Source of the DNA: Octopus sinensis
Taxonomy: Eukaryota
Direction of reading: 5' to 3'
Assembly: GCF_006345805.1 (NCBI RefSeq)
Contig: NC_043010.1
Coordinates: 32,240,001 to 32,304,000 of the forward strand
Length of the DNA: 64,000 bases
The first letter of the stretch is position 1, and every line of letters starts with the position of its first letter. The position numbers and the translations under genes are program-made. This document shows positions 10,846-22,616 of this stretch, piece after piece. A model generated the notes under the pieces. That model made no database searches and had not been told where the DNA came from. It was given only the letters and a program-made list of their open reading frames with translations.

Positions 10846-12460
10846 CTAGCAGCTAAGCCCAGTTTCACCCGGTCTGTTTGGATGATGTGGCTGTGATCGT
10901 TTTCGGTTAGGTATTATCTAATAAGAGCATTTCTCAACCTTGTCATTTCGAGTCCCCTGTTTGGATTAGAGCCTCCAGCTGTATGAAAATTTCCTGACTC
11001 ACACCCTTGTTACAGAAAACAGCTTTAGAAGTTGTGAAGAACAAATTTGTTCATAGTCTGTTTCTGAGAGCTATTCTATTGGACCTCTGTCTAATCATTA
11101 AAACACTGATTTAATTATGAACATAGAAAGAAATTATACATCAATCCCTATTTTTGCAAGCAGTTGTATCCGTAATAATTTTATTTGCAGAGAGCAGAAA
11201 TTGAAAGAAGATAATATGAAATGGACGTGTATGTTACGTGTGTGTGTGTATGCATGCATGCGTACATGCACATGTGTATGTGAGAGAGAAAGTGGGTGAG
11301 AAAGAGAGATAGAGTGAGTGAGTCAAGGTGTGTGTTGTGATGATTGACATATTTGTACGTAGTCTGTTTCTGAGGGTTATTCTATTAGACCTCTGTCTAA
11401 TCATTAAAACATTGATTTAACTATGAAAATAAAAAGAAATTATACATTAATTCCTATTTTTGTAAGCAGTTGTATCCGTAGAAATGTTATTTGCAGAGAG
11501 CAGAAATTGAAAGAAGATATATGAAAATGGATGTGTGTGTATGTATATGTGTGTGTTTGTGCATGTCTGTGTGCGTGCTTGTGCATGTGCATGTGAGAGA
11601 GAAAGAGGGTGAGAAAGAGAGATAGAGTGAGTGAAGGTGCGTGTCGTGATGATTGATGTCTTTTAAGGTACACACACATACATAAAAAATGTGAGGTCAT
11701 CGTATAAAATCTTTGCGATAGCTGATTTATGGAAAAGATTATGTTAAATTTTTGGAGTGCAAATATGTTAATGAAAATCAAGTTCAGACCTCTACATGGT
11801 AGCTAGATCTGGTAGAAATAGCAGCCAGACCTCCCTCAAAACACTCTACTGCCTCAGTCTGACAATTCGGAAATTGAAAGAAGATATATGAAATGGACAT
11901 GCATGTGTGTGTGTGTGTGTGTGTGTGTGTTCATGCATGTGTGCTTGCGCATGTGTATGTGAGAGAGAAAGTGGGTGAGAAAGAGAGATAGAGTGAGTGA
12001 GTGAATATGTGTGCCGTGATGACTGACGCATTTGTACGTAGTCTGTTTCTGAGAGCTATTCTATTGGACCTCTGTAAAAATCATTAAAACATTGATTTAA
12101 TTATGAACATAGAAAGAAATTATATATTAATCCCTATTTTTGTAAGGAGTTGTATCCGTAAAAATGTGTTTTGCAGAGAGCAGAAATTGAAAGAAGATAA
12201 TATGAAATGGACGTGTGTGTATGTGTGTGTGTGTGTGCATATGTGCGTGCATGCTTGCACGTGTGTATGTGAGAGAGAAAGAGGGTGAGAGAGATAGAGT
12301 GAGTGAGTGAAGGTGTGTATCATGATGATTGATGTCTTTTAAGGTACACACATACATAGAAAATATAAGGTCATCATATAAAATTTTTACGATAGTTGAT
12401 TTATGGAAAAGATTATGTTAAACTTTTGAAATGCAAATATGTGAATGGAAATTAAGTTCA
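10846..12460 (-). mobile_element. Non-autonomous Helitron-like element (3' end clear, 5' end undefined) carrying a tandem array
   Basis: Minus strand ends ccgggtgaaactgggcttagctg-CTAG|T (degenerate hairpin + CTAG at 10846-10849). Confidence 0.55.
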
Positions 12461-12543
12461 GACCTCTACATGGTAGCTAGTCCTGGTAGAAACAACAGCC
12501 AAATCTGCCTGAAAACACTCTACTGTCTTAATCCGACAATTCT
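11054..12543. repeat. Two-level tandem duplication (~305-bp unit inside a ~675-bp block)
   Basis: tagtctgtttctgag recurs at 11054, 11360 and 12039; blocks 11194-11868 and 11869-12542 both start (c/g)gaaattgaaagaag-like and end gacaattc. Confidence 0.9.
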
Positions 12544-12599
12544 GCCTATTATGTAGTTTGAATGAGAAACTGTAACTAAAGATTAAGATTATTAACCCC

Positions 12600-12812
12600 A
12601 CAAAGAGGTGAAAGAAGAGAGACAGTATAGCAAAAGTTTTGGCTGACTGTCATCCTATAAGTTACAGGGATGCAAACATAGCAACATCAGTTGTCAAGTG
12701 ATGATGGGGATACAGACACAGACACACACAAATATACACATGTATATGACTGTCTTTCAGTTTCCGTGTACGAAATCCATTCACAAGGCTTTGATTGGTC
12801 CGTGGCTATAAT
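12600..12812 (-). mobile_element. SINE family B, partial
   Basis: ctttcagtttccgtgtacgaaatccattcacaaggctttg is the reverse complement of the family B body. Confidence 0.75.
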
Positions 12813-12814
12813 GC

Positions 12815-13010
12815 ATGTTTGTACCCCCACTATCACTTGACAACTGATGTTGCTATGTTTGCATCCCTGTAACTTAGTGAATCAGTAAAAGGCACTGATC
12901 GAATAAATACTAGGCTTACAAAGAATAAATACTGGGGTCAATTTGTTTGACTGAAGCTGGTGCTCCAGCATGACTGCAGTCACATGACTGAAACAAGTAA
13001 AACAATAAAT
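12815..13010 (+). mobile_element. SINE family B, 3' half
   Basis: ..ggggtcaatttgtttgactgaagctggtgctccagcatgactgcagtcacatgactgaaacaagtaaaa. Confidence 0.8.
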
Positions 13011-13024
13011 AAGTATGCCATTTT

Positions 13025-13055
13025 AATTTTGAACAACACCAGGTATCTCTACTAG
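13025..13055 (+). mobile_element. Helitron 3'-end stub
   Basis: aacaacaccaggtatctcta-CTAG|T matches gcaacgccaggcgatactg-CTAG|T at 23704-23727. Confidence 0.45.
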
Positions 13056-13189
13056 TATATATATATATATGAGTGTTTGTGTGTATGTTTATACTTTTGC
13101 CAAAAAAAATCTTTTATCGTTTGTTTCAGTCATTAGACTGCAGCCATGCTGGAGCACATCCTTGAAAAGTTTTAGTTGGAGAAAAACAA

Positions 13190-13330
13190 GTACATGATCC
13201 ATAGAGCTGATTTATTCATTTGGCAACTTGATTAACTTTTTTTCTCTCGCATCAAGCTTAATATCCAGAGTAATTCTTTCATGGTTCTTTTTCACACTGC
13301 TATTTTCTGTTCCACTTGATGGTTTCATTC
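13190..13330 (-). mobile_element. Possible Tigger/pogo (CENP-B HTH) fragment
   Basis: Minus frame KKNHERITLDIKLDAREKKVNQVAK resembles the RKxITLExKL HTH start. Confidence 0.3.
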
Positions 13331-14661
13331 AAGATGTCTTGAACTATAGGTAAATCCAACAGTGGCAGTGATCAACAACAAAGGAAATAAATATATAGTA
13401 AAAAAACATAGCATCAGGAAAGAACCGTTTTGTGAGAGTAAAATATTGTAAGATGTAAGAATCGAAATGAATAGCTTAAAAACTGAAGAATAAGGTGGGA
13501 GAAAATGCTATATATGGTTACAGTTGAACTGTTATCCAGTTCATGGTCACTGTCACTTGCATCTCTGTCTTGTGCTATAAAATCTCTACACTCTGTTCAT
13601 ATATGCACACTGTCTCTCTTTCTCTCTCTCTCTCTCTCTCTTACACACACACATACACACTATCATATTGATATACAACATATGTTGCTACAGAAATTGC
13701 CACCATACTGATACTTTTATTGTCATTGTCAATTGATTATTCAACAGTTGATGGGTTGGTAGTGATGTTTGTTGTATTGGTTTTAGTGTTGCTGATAGTG
13801 GTGCATTGTTGTTTTGGTGTTGTCATTTTATTCTCGCTAATTGTTTTGTTATTTCCATAAGTCAATTTTCATTAACCCAAGATAAAAGACGTTTCATTCA
13901 ACATTTAAATTACACTAGAGCACCGTATTGTCCCATATCATTGATTTTATTCTAGATGGAGATGCTGATTCTGTTCATACTGTTGTTGTTGTTGTTGAGG
14001 AGTTGGTGAGTTAGTGATGACAGTAGTTGTATTGGTTTTGGTGTTGATACTAGTTATCTGAGTTGATGATATACAGTGGCGGTGGTCGTGGTGGTGAAAG
14101 TTGATTTATACAGACAGACAACGAGACAGGTAGACTCGCCGCCCCCTCCTCCCCACTCCACAAAAAATATAAACACTCAAATATTCTCAGTGAAAATTCT
14201 TACCACACATTCAATAGTTATAGTGATGCATACACAAATTCTTGCACACGCACACATATAATAAATATTTGTGTGTAAGAGTGTATCATGATCATAAATT
14301 TTTAAATTGCTAACTTTGCTTTCATCTTAGCTAGAAAAAATGGGAGGCAGCCTCTTGACTACGAAGAAATTGTAGTTTTTAAATTCTTAAAATCTATCTG
14401 AGTTTCTCTAAGAGTAAAATTAAAGGCCATATCCCAAAACTAATGGTCATACTTTGCAAATTACTATGAGTGTGAAATTCCATAACTTTCAGTAGCCATA
14501 ATTCTGGTGATGGCTGTGTGTATAAATATATATATTATTGTGTCTGGGGAGATGTTCTGTTTCAATACCTTACTAATTAACACACTCACCGGTTTGATTT
14601 CCACACATTTACTTATTTTTTCTAAAATTTTCATTGCTTCTTGCATGTGTGTGTGTGTGTA

Positions 14662-14998
14662 TGTGTATAGGTGCAGGTGTGGTTTTGTGGTAAGATGTTT
14701 GTTTCCCAACCACATGGTTCTGGGTTCAGTCCCACTGCGTGTCTTCTACTATAGCCTCGGGCTGACCAAAACGTGAGTGGATTTGGTAGATGGAAACTGA
14801 AAGAAGCCCATTGTATATATTCTTTCATTCTTTTACTTGCTTCAATTATTTTGACAGCAGCCATGCTGGAGCACTGCCTTTACTCAAACAAATCGACCCC
14901 AGGACTTATTCAATCAATCTCTTTGCCAAACCACTAAGTTACAGGAACATAAATGCACAACTGATGTTGGTGCATTTATGTCCCTGTAACTTAGTGGT
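14662..14998. mobile_element. Rearranged SINE family B (plus 5' half joined to inverted 3' half, ending in a fold-back)
   Basis: Plus head 14662-14820, minus tail 14826-14960, hairpin 14930-14998. Confidence 0.75.
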
Positions 14999-15020
14999 AT
15001 ATATATATATATATATTTCT

Positions 15021-15826
15021 ATCTAAAGCATCACCTTTACTCTTGTAGCAGTTGACTATGGTGCTGCTATGCCAATCATTGGGTATGACTCCATCATGAA
15101 CTACCTGGTTTACAATGTGGCTGACTAGGCCATAGCCCACACCACCAGATGTTTTAAGCATCTCAGCACTGATTCCTGATGGGCCGGGGGCTTTTTCCTT
15201 GCTTCATACCTTTAATTGCTTTATCTACCAGGGAGCTGTCTATTCGGATAGCTGATCCCTCTACTGGGTCAACATTTGGCAGGCTCTCCTCTTCTCATTC
15301 ATCAAAATTTTCTCTTACACACTATCTTGCAATCCAAAATACTTCAGTTCTCTGGTCCTCATATCACTGGACGTTGGCAAACTTCTTTTCTGTTTCATCC
15401 TTGGCTATGTATACCTGCTGCTCAACTTCCCTTTTGGCTACCTGGTACAGTTCCCTGCTACCCCCACCCTCCAGGCTTTCCAGGCCTGTTTCTTTGCTCT
15501 AATGGCTTTATCTACCATACTATTCCACCACCATATAACCCTAGGTCTGGAAGGTACTTTGCACCATCTGCAGACTTGGGCTGTGGCACTCAGCAAGCTG
15601 TCCCATAGAAATTTCCAGCTACTTTCTATGTCTGATGTCTGTAGCTCCTCCTCCCTGTCATCAAATTTCTTGATGCGATGTCCCTAAATCTGTGACCATG
15701 TGAAGAGTTCTTTAGCTTCCAAATCCTTCTTTTTTGGATTGTTCTGCTTCTTTGTATCCTTCTGGCCATGAGCCTCAAGTCACTAATGACTAGCCTATGC
15801 CGGGGGTTACATTCTTCATCCAGGAG
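15021..15826 (-). mobile_element. RTE-clade LINE internal fragment (post-endonuclease linker to start of RT)
   Basis: Minus frames: HRLVISDLRL..RRIWKLK; KAPGPSGISAEMLKTSG..VIPNDWHSSTIVNCYKSKGDALD. Confidence 0.85.
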
Positions 15827-15972
15827 GGTCTGGCTTCTGTGCTGGTGGCACGTATAAAACACCAACCGATCTTGGCTATTGCCAGCCTCCTTTTGGCCCC
15901 TGTGCCGATGGCATGTAAAAAGCACCCACTACACTCACGGAGTGGTTGGCATTAGGAAGGGCATCCAGCTGT
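15826..15972 (+). mobile_element. RTE 3'UTR fragment in opposite orientation to the adjacent RTE body
   Basis: ggtggcacgtataaaacacc..aaaagcacccactacactcacggagtggttggcattaggaagggcatccagc. Confidence 0.8.
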
Positions 15973-15989
15973 TGCCAAGATCAAGAGTG

Positions 15990-16165
15990 AATTGAGGTTG
16001 GTCCTTGACTCACTTATGGAAAATGACTTCCAGGCCAGATTTAAAAAGTGGCAGGACCACTGGGACTGATGTATTGCCATGCAAGGTGACTATTTCAAAG
16101 GAGATGATGTTAAAACGTTTTTATTAAGCATAACTAGTCCAGGAACCTTTTGATATCACCTCATA
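15990..16165 (+). mobile_element. Mariner 3'-end fragment
   Basis: FQARFKKWQDHWD*CIAMQGDYFKGD followed by TIR-like ttttgatatcacctcaTA. Confidence 0.6.
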
Positions 16166-16189
16166 TATATGTATCTCCTGCATGTCCTG

Positions 16190-16380
16190 TCACATTGCTC
16201 TATGATCACTTTGAAACCTGATATGCTGGTTACTGTGCACTTGTTCAGGCATTCAGTTTGATGGAGGAAGTGAGCTAATTGCACAGCACAAGCGTTTGAT
16301 CTCTATAAGCAAGTCATTTGTGCAGGTTGCTCAGCTAGAAACTGCAGAACTGTATTTCACAGACTACGAGAGACTACTAT
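16190..16380 (+). mobile_element. SINE family E, partial
   Basis: Aligns by eye to 47310-47500 (gatcactt..gtgcacttgttcag..agtttgatggag..atttgtgcaggttg). Confidence 0.6.
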
Positions 16381-16394
16381 CATATTTATCTCTG

Positions 16395-16575
16395 TGTGTG
16401 TGTGTGTGAGTTGGTTCTTTTACATTCCTCTAACTTAGTGGTTTAGTGAAAGAGACTGATAGAATAAAGACCTGGCTTTACGAAAAATAACTCCTGGGGT
16501 TGATTTGCTTCACTAAACACTTCTTGGTGCTAACCCAGCATAGCTGAAGTGCTGCGACTGAAGCAAGTAAATGGA
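16395..16575 (+). mobile_element. SINE family B, 3' half
   Basis: taacttagtggtttagtgaaagagactgatagaataa..ggggttgatttgc..gactgaagcaagtaa. Confidence 0.7.
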
Positions 16576-18053
16576 AAAGTGAAAGCTATATATATATATA
16601 TAGTGAGAGAGAGAAAGAGAGGCAAATGTTAATGTGTACACACATATGTACATATACCCATGTAGTTTATATATATATATACACATACACATACATACAT
16701 ACATATACACTATATACATTTATAGTGGGTTGTGTATGCGTATACATATTTACACTCAGTGTATCTACAAGCACACTCTCAAGTGTAGACATACATACTA
16801 CAAAGCTGAATGTATTTTGATTTTCAGTGTTCTTTGATATTCTTATCGTGTGAGAGAATTCTGGTTTTACTGTTAAATTAACTAAGTGAGCACTGCAGTG
16901 CCAGGCTTCCTGGTTCCTTGAAATGTCTAAATTAGCTTCTGAGAAATATCAAATCCAATGATGTGGTTATTACCTGTTTAAAACAATCTACAGCCTATTC
17001 TCTGCATCTTTTTCTTACTCTAAAAATGGTAAGACAGTAAAGCTGTTGATCAGCTACAGCATCTTTTCCATTTCAGCCTCTTACCATTTCTGCCATAATA
17101 TGGAACCAATCAATATGGTCACAGATTGCCATTAACCTTTACTGAAGCACTTTGTTGTAATGGCTGTATCTATAGGTATTGGCTGTCTCCATGGTTAACG
17201 TTTTGGGATTCAAGACCAAATTTCATGGCTTGAAAATTCCTGTGATGCCGCTGCTGCTGTTATTTCTTTTTTCTGTTTTTGTTGTTGTTGTTTTCATTAA
17301 CTCACACACATCAAACAGATTTATTGCACAGTTTCTAAGCAGCAAATGGTTCTTTTCTCTTACCATCAAATTACCATTGACGTGATGACTGTTTCATCTT
17401 TATACTAATGCTATATTAAACACGTATATTGAACATGTATATTGCCACAATATACACTTGTGGTGTTTACATGTGATGTTGATGTTGTTAAACCCCAGGT
17501 CAGCACTGAGTAAGCAGATTTAATGGTCAAAGGCACACCAGTTGTGACCCCTTTGTTTCTCATTTTTTTCTCAAACCGTATTTATTTTTTTTTAGGAAAC
17601 CAAGAGATGTGATTGAGACTCCCTTCTCAGCTCATGGTCCCTTATGTTTTTCAAAGATAGTAGGAATATTTATGATTCAGATTCCATATCATTTCAACTA
17701 TCTGTGACAATAATGTTTTTGCTTCTTTTCATTATTTTTTTCATGAAATAATCAAAACAGAAAAGATCATGACTCTTTTAAAAACCATTCCAGAATGTTG
17801 AGATTGATAGATATGGCTGATGTATTCAGTACAAACATAGAGCTATTGTTCAGTGTATAATATTGTATATATTACAATAAGTACAGGAGTGGCTGTGTGG
17901 TAAGTAGCTTGCTTACCAACCACATGGTTCTGTGTTCAGTTCCACTGTGTGGCACCCTGGGCAAGTGTCTTCTACTATAGCCTCAGGCCAACCAAAGCCT
18001 TGTGAGTCGATGTGGTAGACGGAAACTGAAAGAAGCCTGTCATATATATATAT

Positions 18054-18106
<53 letters not shown>

Positions 18107-18121
18107 TATATTATATATATG

Positions 18122-18152
<31 letters not shown>

Positions 18153-18154
18153 AT

Positions 18155-18585
18155 AAAATAAATATAAGAGAGTGGTCACTATATGGCTCACTCTAGCACT
18201 AGTTAATCCAAAAGGTTTCAACCACAAAAATACATGCTTCCCATGAAAGTCAGTACGATTGTTAGCTCACACGGACAGGGCAAATAAAAAATAACAAAAA
18301 TACAGATTATTTTGGGACAATTGTTTCGCTATTAATGAATTAAATGTAATTTTACTTACAAAAAAATCCACTTGTAGCTCCTCAGCCAAAACTATCTGGA
18401 TGAAATCCACTCAATCACACGCCAGATTTTACCATAACGATAAATACACGTGTGGTTCAATTGATTACATCCGACGTTATAATTCAAATGCCCCTACTAA
18501 CAGCGCGCCAAACTTTCACGGAAAACAAATACTGCATTTAGAAATAAATAAATTAGTATCTAATTCTCTCACCCTTATTAATTGA
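18155..18585 (-). mobile_element. Non-coding ~430-bp hammerhead-bearing module (solo pLTR or retrozyme-like) in (TA)n
   Basis: Bounded by (TA)n on both sides, inside a SINE; contains a complete HHR core; no PLE coding signature. Confidence 0.7.
18305..18396 (-). ncRNA. Type I hammerhead ribozyme with long loop II and palindromic stem III
   Basis: Minus strand: gatagttttgg-CTGAGGA-gcta-[43 nt]-tagc-GAAA-caattg-TC-ccaaaataatc; stem I 11 bp with one mismatch; ACAATTGT palindrome; GUC triplet, predicted cleavage after the C at 18316. Confidence 0.82.
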
Positions 18586-19264
18586 TTATATATATATATA
18601 TATATCTATATATATATATATACACATATATATATGTATGTATGTATATGTTTGTGTGTCCGTGTATGGCCTCACCAACATCACTTGACAACCAATGCTG
18701 GTGTGTTTACGTCCCCATAACTTAGTGGTTCAGCAAAATAGACCAATAGAATAAGTACTAGGCTTACAAAAAATAAGTTCTGGGGTCGATTTGTTTGACT
18801 AAAGGCGGTGCTCCAGCATGGCTGCAGTCAAATGGCTGAAACAAATAAAAGAGTATAATACATATATATAATACAGTATATATAATACAACAATCATCAG
18901 CATCATCATTTAACATCCATTTTTCCATGCTGGCAGCCTATGACCTATAAGATTAGAACTCAAGAATGTTATGTAACTAAATAAATTTTAGGGAGGTGAG
19001 CTGAAGAACTGAATTTCAAAACTGGAAGAGCTGTGCTCCCAGAGAACACTTTGTGACAGTTGAAGAGACTGTAGCTCCTCCATGAAGAAATGGTGCCACA
19101 ATATTTCAAGGCTGGCTGCTTGAATTATGTATGCAATCTTTGCCAGTATGTTGCCTCTGTTTCTGTCTACACATTTCCACTCACAAAGTTTAGGGTGTAA
19201 ATGACAATTGCCAAAGATGCAACATAGCAAACTTAAATATAGGACCTTATGATTGCAAAGTGAA

Positions 19265-19298
<34 letters not shown>

Positions 19299-19659
19299 TC
19301 TGTGAAGTTGTAAGAGTAAATATATGTTAACATACATACATACATACATACACATACATACATGAATATGCTTCTATATTTATGTATAATCATGTAAATG
19401 TGCATTAACATATACATATGCACATGCTCACGCAACATATACAGGCATGCACTTGCACACACACATGCACACATGCACTCATACACACATGCACACACAC
19501 ACACACACACACACACTTGCATATGATACAAAGGACCTCCATATATATTCCATAATAGCCTACTCTCTATTCTGTACTCTCTGTTACAGCCTTGACTCAT
19601 ACAGAGAGCTCTTCCTTCTTTCTGTATTACTATCAGGCAAACTGATCTGTTTTTTTCTT

Positions 19660-20720
19660 ATGTTACTTTGTCCATTTTACAGTTTGGTGCTTTAGCTGGT
19701 TTTCAAACTGAGACCAAAGTACATGACACAACCATTTCCATATCCTACATTATATATTTATATATACTCTTCATTACATCAATCTCTATATGTCTTCATT
19801 TCTCACAAAATTGGGCCATTTCGCCCTCAAAGATTCTTTGCAATACTTTATTTTCAGGCTCTAAAACATTTATCGTTATTTTGTCTTCCCTGCTATGGCT
19901 CTTGTCCATATATTAAAATATTTTTATTTGTGACATCTGCATTTTCAAACAATTTGCCAATCTATGATTGCCATATATTTAAAAGCAATCCCATTGTTTG
20001 AATTCTTTAATCTCCTTTTAAATTCATATTCTAAAGACCCATTACTTTCTATAAAACTTCTAAGGTATTCCAATAAATTTATTCTTCTAATATGTTCCCA
20101 TTCGAGGACACATTTCTTTTATTCTTTGGTTCAGCCTTCATAATTTTAGTTGATATTGATATTTAAGCCCATACTATTTGCTTTCTTCTTTCTGCATTGC
20201 TATCATGCAAACAGTTCTGTTTTTATCCTTCTGTTACTTTGTTCATTTTACGGTTTGGTGTTTTAGCTGGTTTTCAAACTGAGACCAATGTACATGACAC
20301 AACCATTTCCATATCCTACATTATATATTTATATATACTCTTCATTACATCAGGTTGTATACCATTTATTGCATTTTTTAATGTTCCTTTTCTAAATAAA
20401 CAAAGCAATGTCATCTGCATAATCTAAATCACCAAATACTCTTATAAATCTATTCAGTTCCTCTTTCACCTCTGATTGTTTCCTTTATGATGTATTTTAT
20501 TAGAACAACAAACTAGAGAGATGATAGAACAACTTGCAGCACTCCACTCCCAACTTTATTTTAGAGCTGTCTATGCTTACATGACATTCATTTCCCCATT
20601 ATTTTGCACGCATTAGTTTAACACACTTTTCCTGCAAGCCATACTAACATAGTACTTTCCAAGCTGTTAGTCTATCCACACTATCAAAGGCATTTTCAAA
20701 GTCTGAAAAACCTATTTTGT
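19660..20720 (-). mobile_element. Decayed RTE-like LINE RT/3' region
   Basis: Minus frames FSDFENAFDSVDR, GDLDYADDIAL (about 20400-20430), WPNFVRNEDI, WKWLCHV. Confidence 0.8.
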
Positions 20721-20859
20721 TTGTTTGCTTGTCAGTTTGTTTATGTGTATGTGCATGCACTCACGTTTTTACGCATGCATGGATTTTACTTTTTCTTCCT
20801 TTTAATTTACAGTTAATTTTCATTGGCCACCAGCATTATCACAAGAACATTTTGTTCAT

Positions 20860-21060
20860 CGTCCTTTAAATCTTAAGGTCTTGCAAATTTGTATTGTCAG
20901 AGATATTGCGATCATTTGTAGTGTATGAATTAAGGATTTGCATTCTCTGCCCAAAATTCCAAGTACAGCCATACTTTGCTCCAGACAGGTTGGTATATGT
21001 CCTGTTGCCCCAATAATAATAGGTATGAAGCTAAAAGTGTGTTGTGGTTATTGGGTTAGC
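20860..21060 (-). mobile_element. Decayed restriction-like-endonuclease non-LTR element C-terminus (R4/Dong-like)
   Basis: Minus frame FIPIIIGATGHIPTCLEQSMAVLGIL..TLQMIAISLTIQICKTL resembles the VPIVIGALG..LQK.A.L.T..I.R..L pattern. Confidence 0.4.
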
Positions 21061-21206
21061 AGACACCATAACAATGGACCATATCAGTGTGAACACAAAC
21101 ATAGATTTCTTTACCCAGATTTTAAATGGTATGTAATGTGTTTAATAATTTGATTAATTCAAATAAATTTTACAGAACTATAACTGGAGCAAGATATGAG
21201 TGATAG

Positions 21207-22235
21207 AACTTTGAAAACAGGACATTCCTCAGATAATGAGCATGACGCATCAGATAAGAAGAAGGTTAGATGGGCATCATATGAAAGGAAACTTCTGCAA
21301 AAATTGTGCGATGAAAAGTTTTCTAGTTGGTTGGAGCCTAGGCAAGAATGATACAGCCAAAGGCAAATGCATATTATGCAAGTGTGAAATTACTGGTAGT
21401 TTGAGCCAAATTTTATGATATGAGCAGACAGAAAAACACTGCAAGAATGCAAATGAAGCAAATAAAGCTAAACAGTTGACTAATTATTTTGAGACCTCAT
21501 CGTTTTCTTCACATTCCAAGAAAGTAGCAGCGGCTGAATTAAAATACTGAGCATTTGTTGCTGAGCATAATCTCCCAATTTCTATTTTGGACCACTTACC
21601 TGGCCTTGTTGTAAACACCTGTCCAGATTCTAAAATCCCCCAGGATGCAAAGTGTGCCCAAACGAAAGGCATATACATCTTTCTTAAAGCCATGAGCCCC
21701 TATGGATTCAATGCTTTATTAAAAAAACTTCATTCATCAAAATTCTCACTCGTTATTGTTGAAACAACTGATGTTTCAACACTAAAGCAACTTGTCATGG
21801 TTTCCAAATATTATGATGTTGAAATTCAAAAGACAGTCGATGATTTTCTTACACTTATAGCAATAGAGGATTGCAGTGCTACAGGTATATACAACTGTCT
21901 TCTATCATTTTCAAGTGATCACGCTATTCCTCTGGAAAATTTGATAAGTTTCACCTGTGATAATGCAAATGTCATGATGGGAAGCAAAGGAGGTGTTCAG
22001 CACTTGTTGAAGCAGAACAGGCCTGATCTTTTTGTGCAAGCCTATGTTTGTCATTCTTTATACTTATGTTCATCAAACGCATGCAATGAATTATCGAATT
22101 CTGTCGAAGAATTGACAAGAAGTATTTATGCACACTTTAGTCAGTCCTAAGTGAATAAATGAATTCAAAGGTATGCAAAAAATAGCTTGAATTGATCCTC
22201 ACAAAATCCTGCATGCAAGTTGCACTAGATGGGTT
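21207..22235 (+). mobile_element. hAT-superfamily transposase relic, 3'-truncated
   Basis: BED-like GKCILCK; FVAEHNLPISILDHL; SLVIVETTDVS; FTCDNANVMMG; VCHSLYLCSS (CxxH); LHASCTRW; stops and frameshifts. Confidence 0.85.
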
Positions 22236-22616
22236 GTTTGTTTGCATACTTCATGTTGCTTACACAGTTGGTGACATCCTGTACCCATATATGCATATAT
22301 ATGTGTGTATATATATATATACATACATACACACATATATTTATATATATCTTAATATATATATATAAATATATATATATATTTTATATATATATATATA
22401 TATAAAGAATGTAGGAGTTTTTCATCAAATGATGTAATACATATGGGGACTCAGTTTGGTTTACCACTAAAACTCTGGCTGGAATTGCAACTGGAAAATG
22501 TGGTGCTTAAATTTCTTATCAAAGGTTGCTAGAAGTGGTTTCTCCTTGAACAAGTTAATATAGACTAAAATAGAAAATGAAAAAGTAAAACATTTGGCAT
22601 CACATTTAATTTAAAG

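Larger units (their letters stand above)
17881..18855 (+). mobile_element. SINE family B split by an insertion in its internal microsatellite
   Basis: 5' half 17881-18042 (gcaggagtggctgtgtggtaag-like head, ggcaccctgggcaagtgtctt CORE-like motif); 3' half about 18650-18855; (TA)n plus foreign module between. Confidence 0.85.

Noticed and set aside
17070-17175. Possible minus-strand exon (TAITTKCFSKRLMAICDHIDWFHIMAEM|gtaaga)
   Set aside because: Acceptor lacks a pyrimidine tract and the peptide is not recognisable.
18340-18530. Host promoter or non-coding first exon on minus (CpG-containing, CACGTG, GTAAGT donor at 18359)
   Set aside because: The segment is a (TA)n-bounded insert inside a SINE and the donor lies within a hammerhead loop, so a mobile-element explanation fits better.
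18988-19230. 80-aa ORF or decayed piggyBac-like fragment (EEMVPQYF)
   Set aside because: Similarity is too weak to call and no other motifs are intact.
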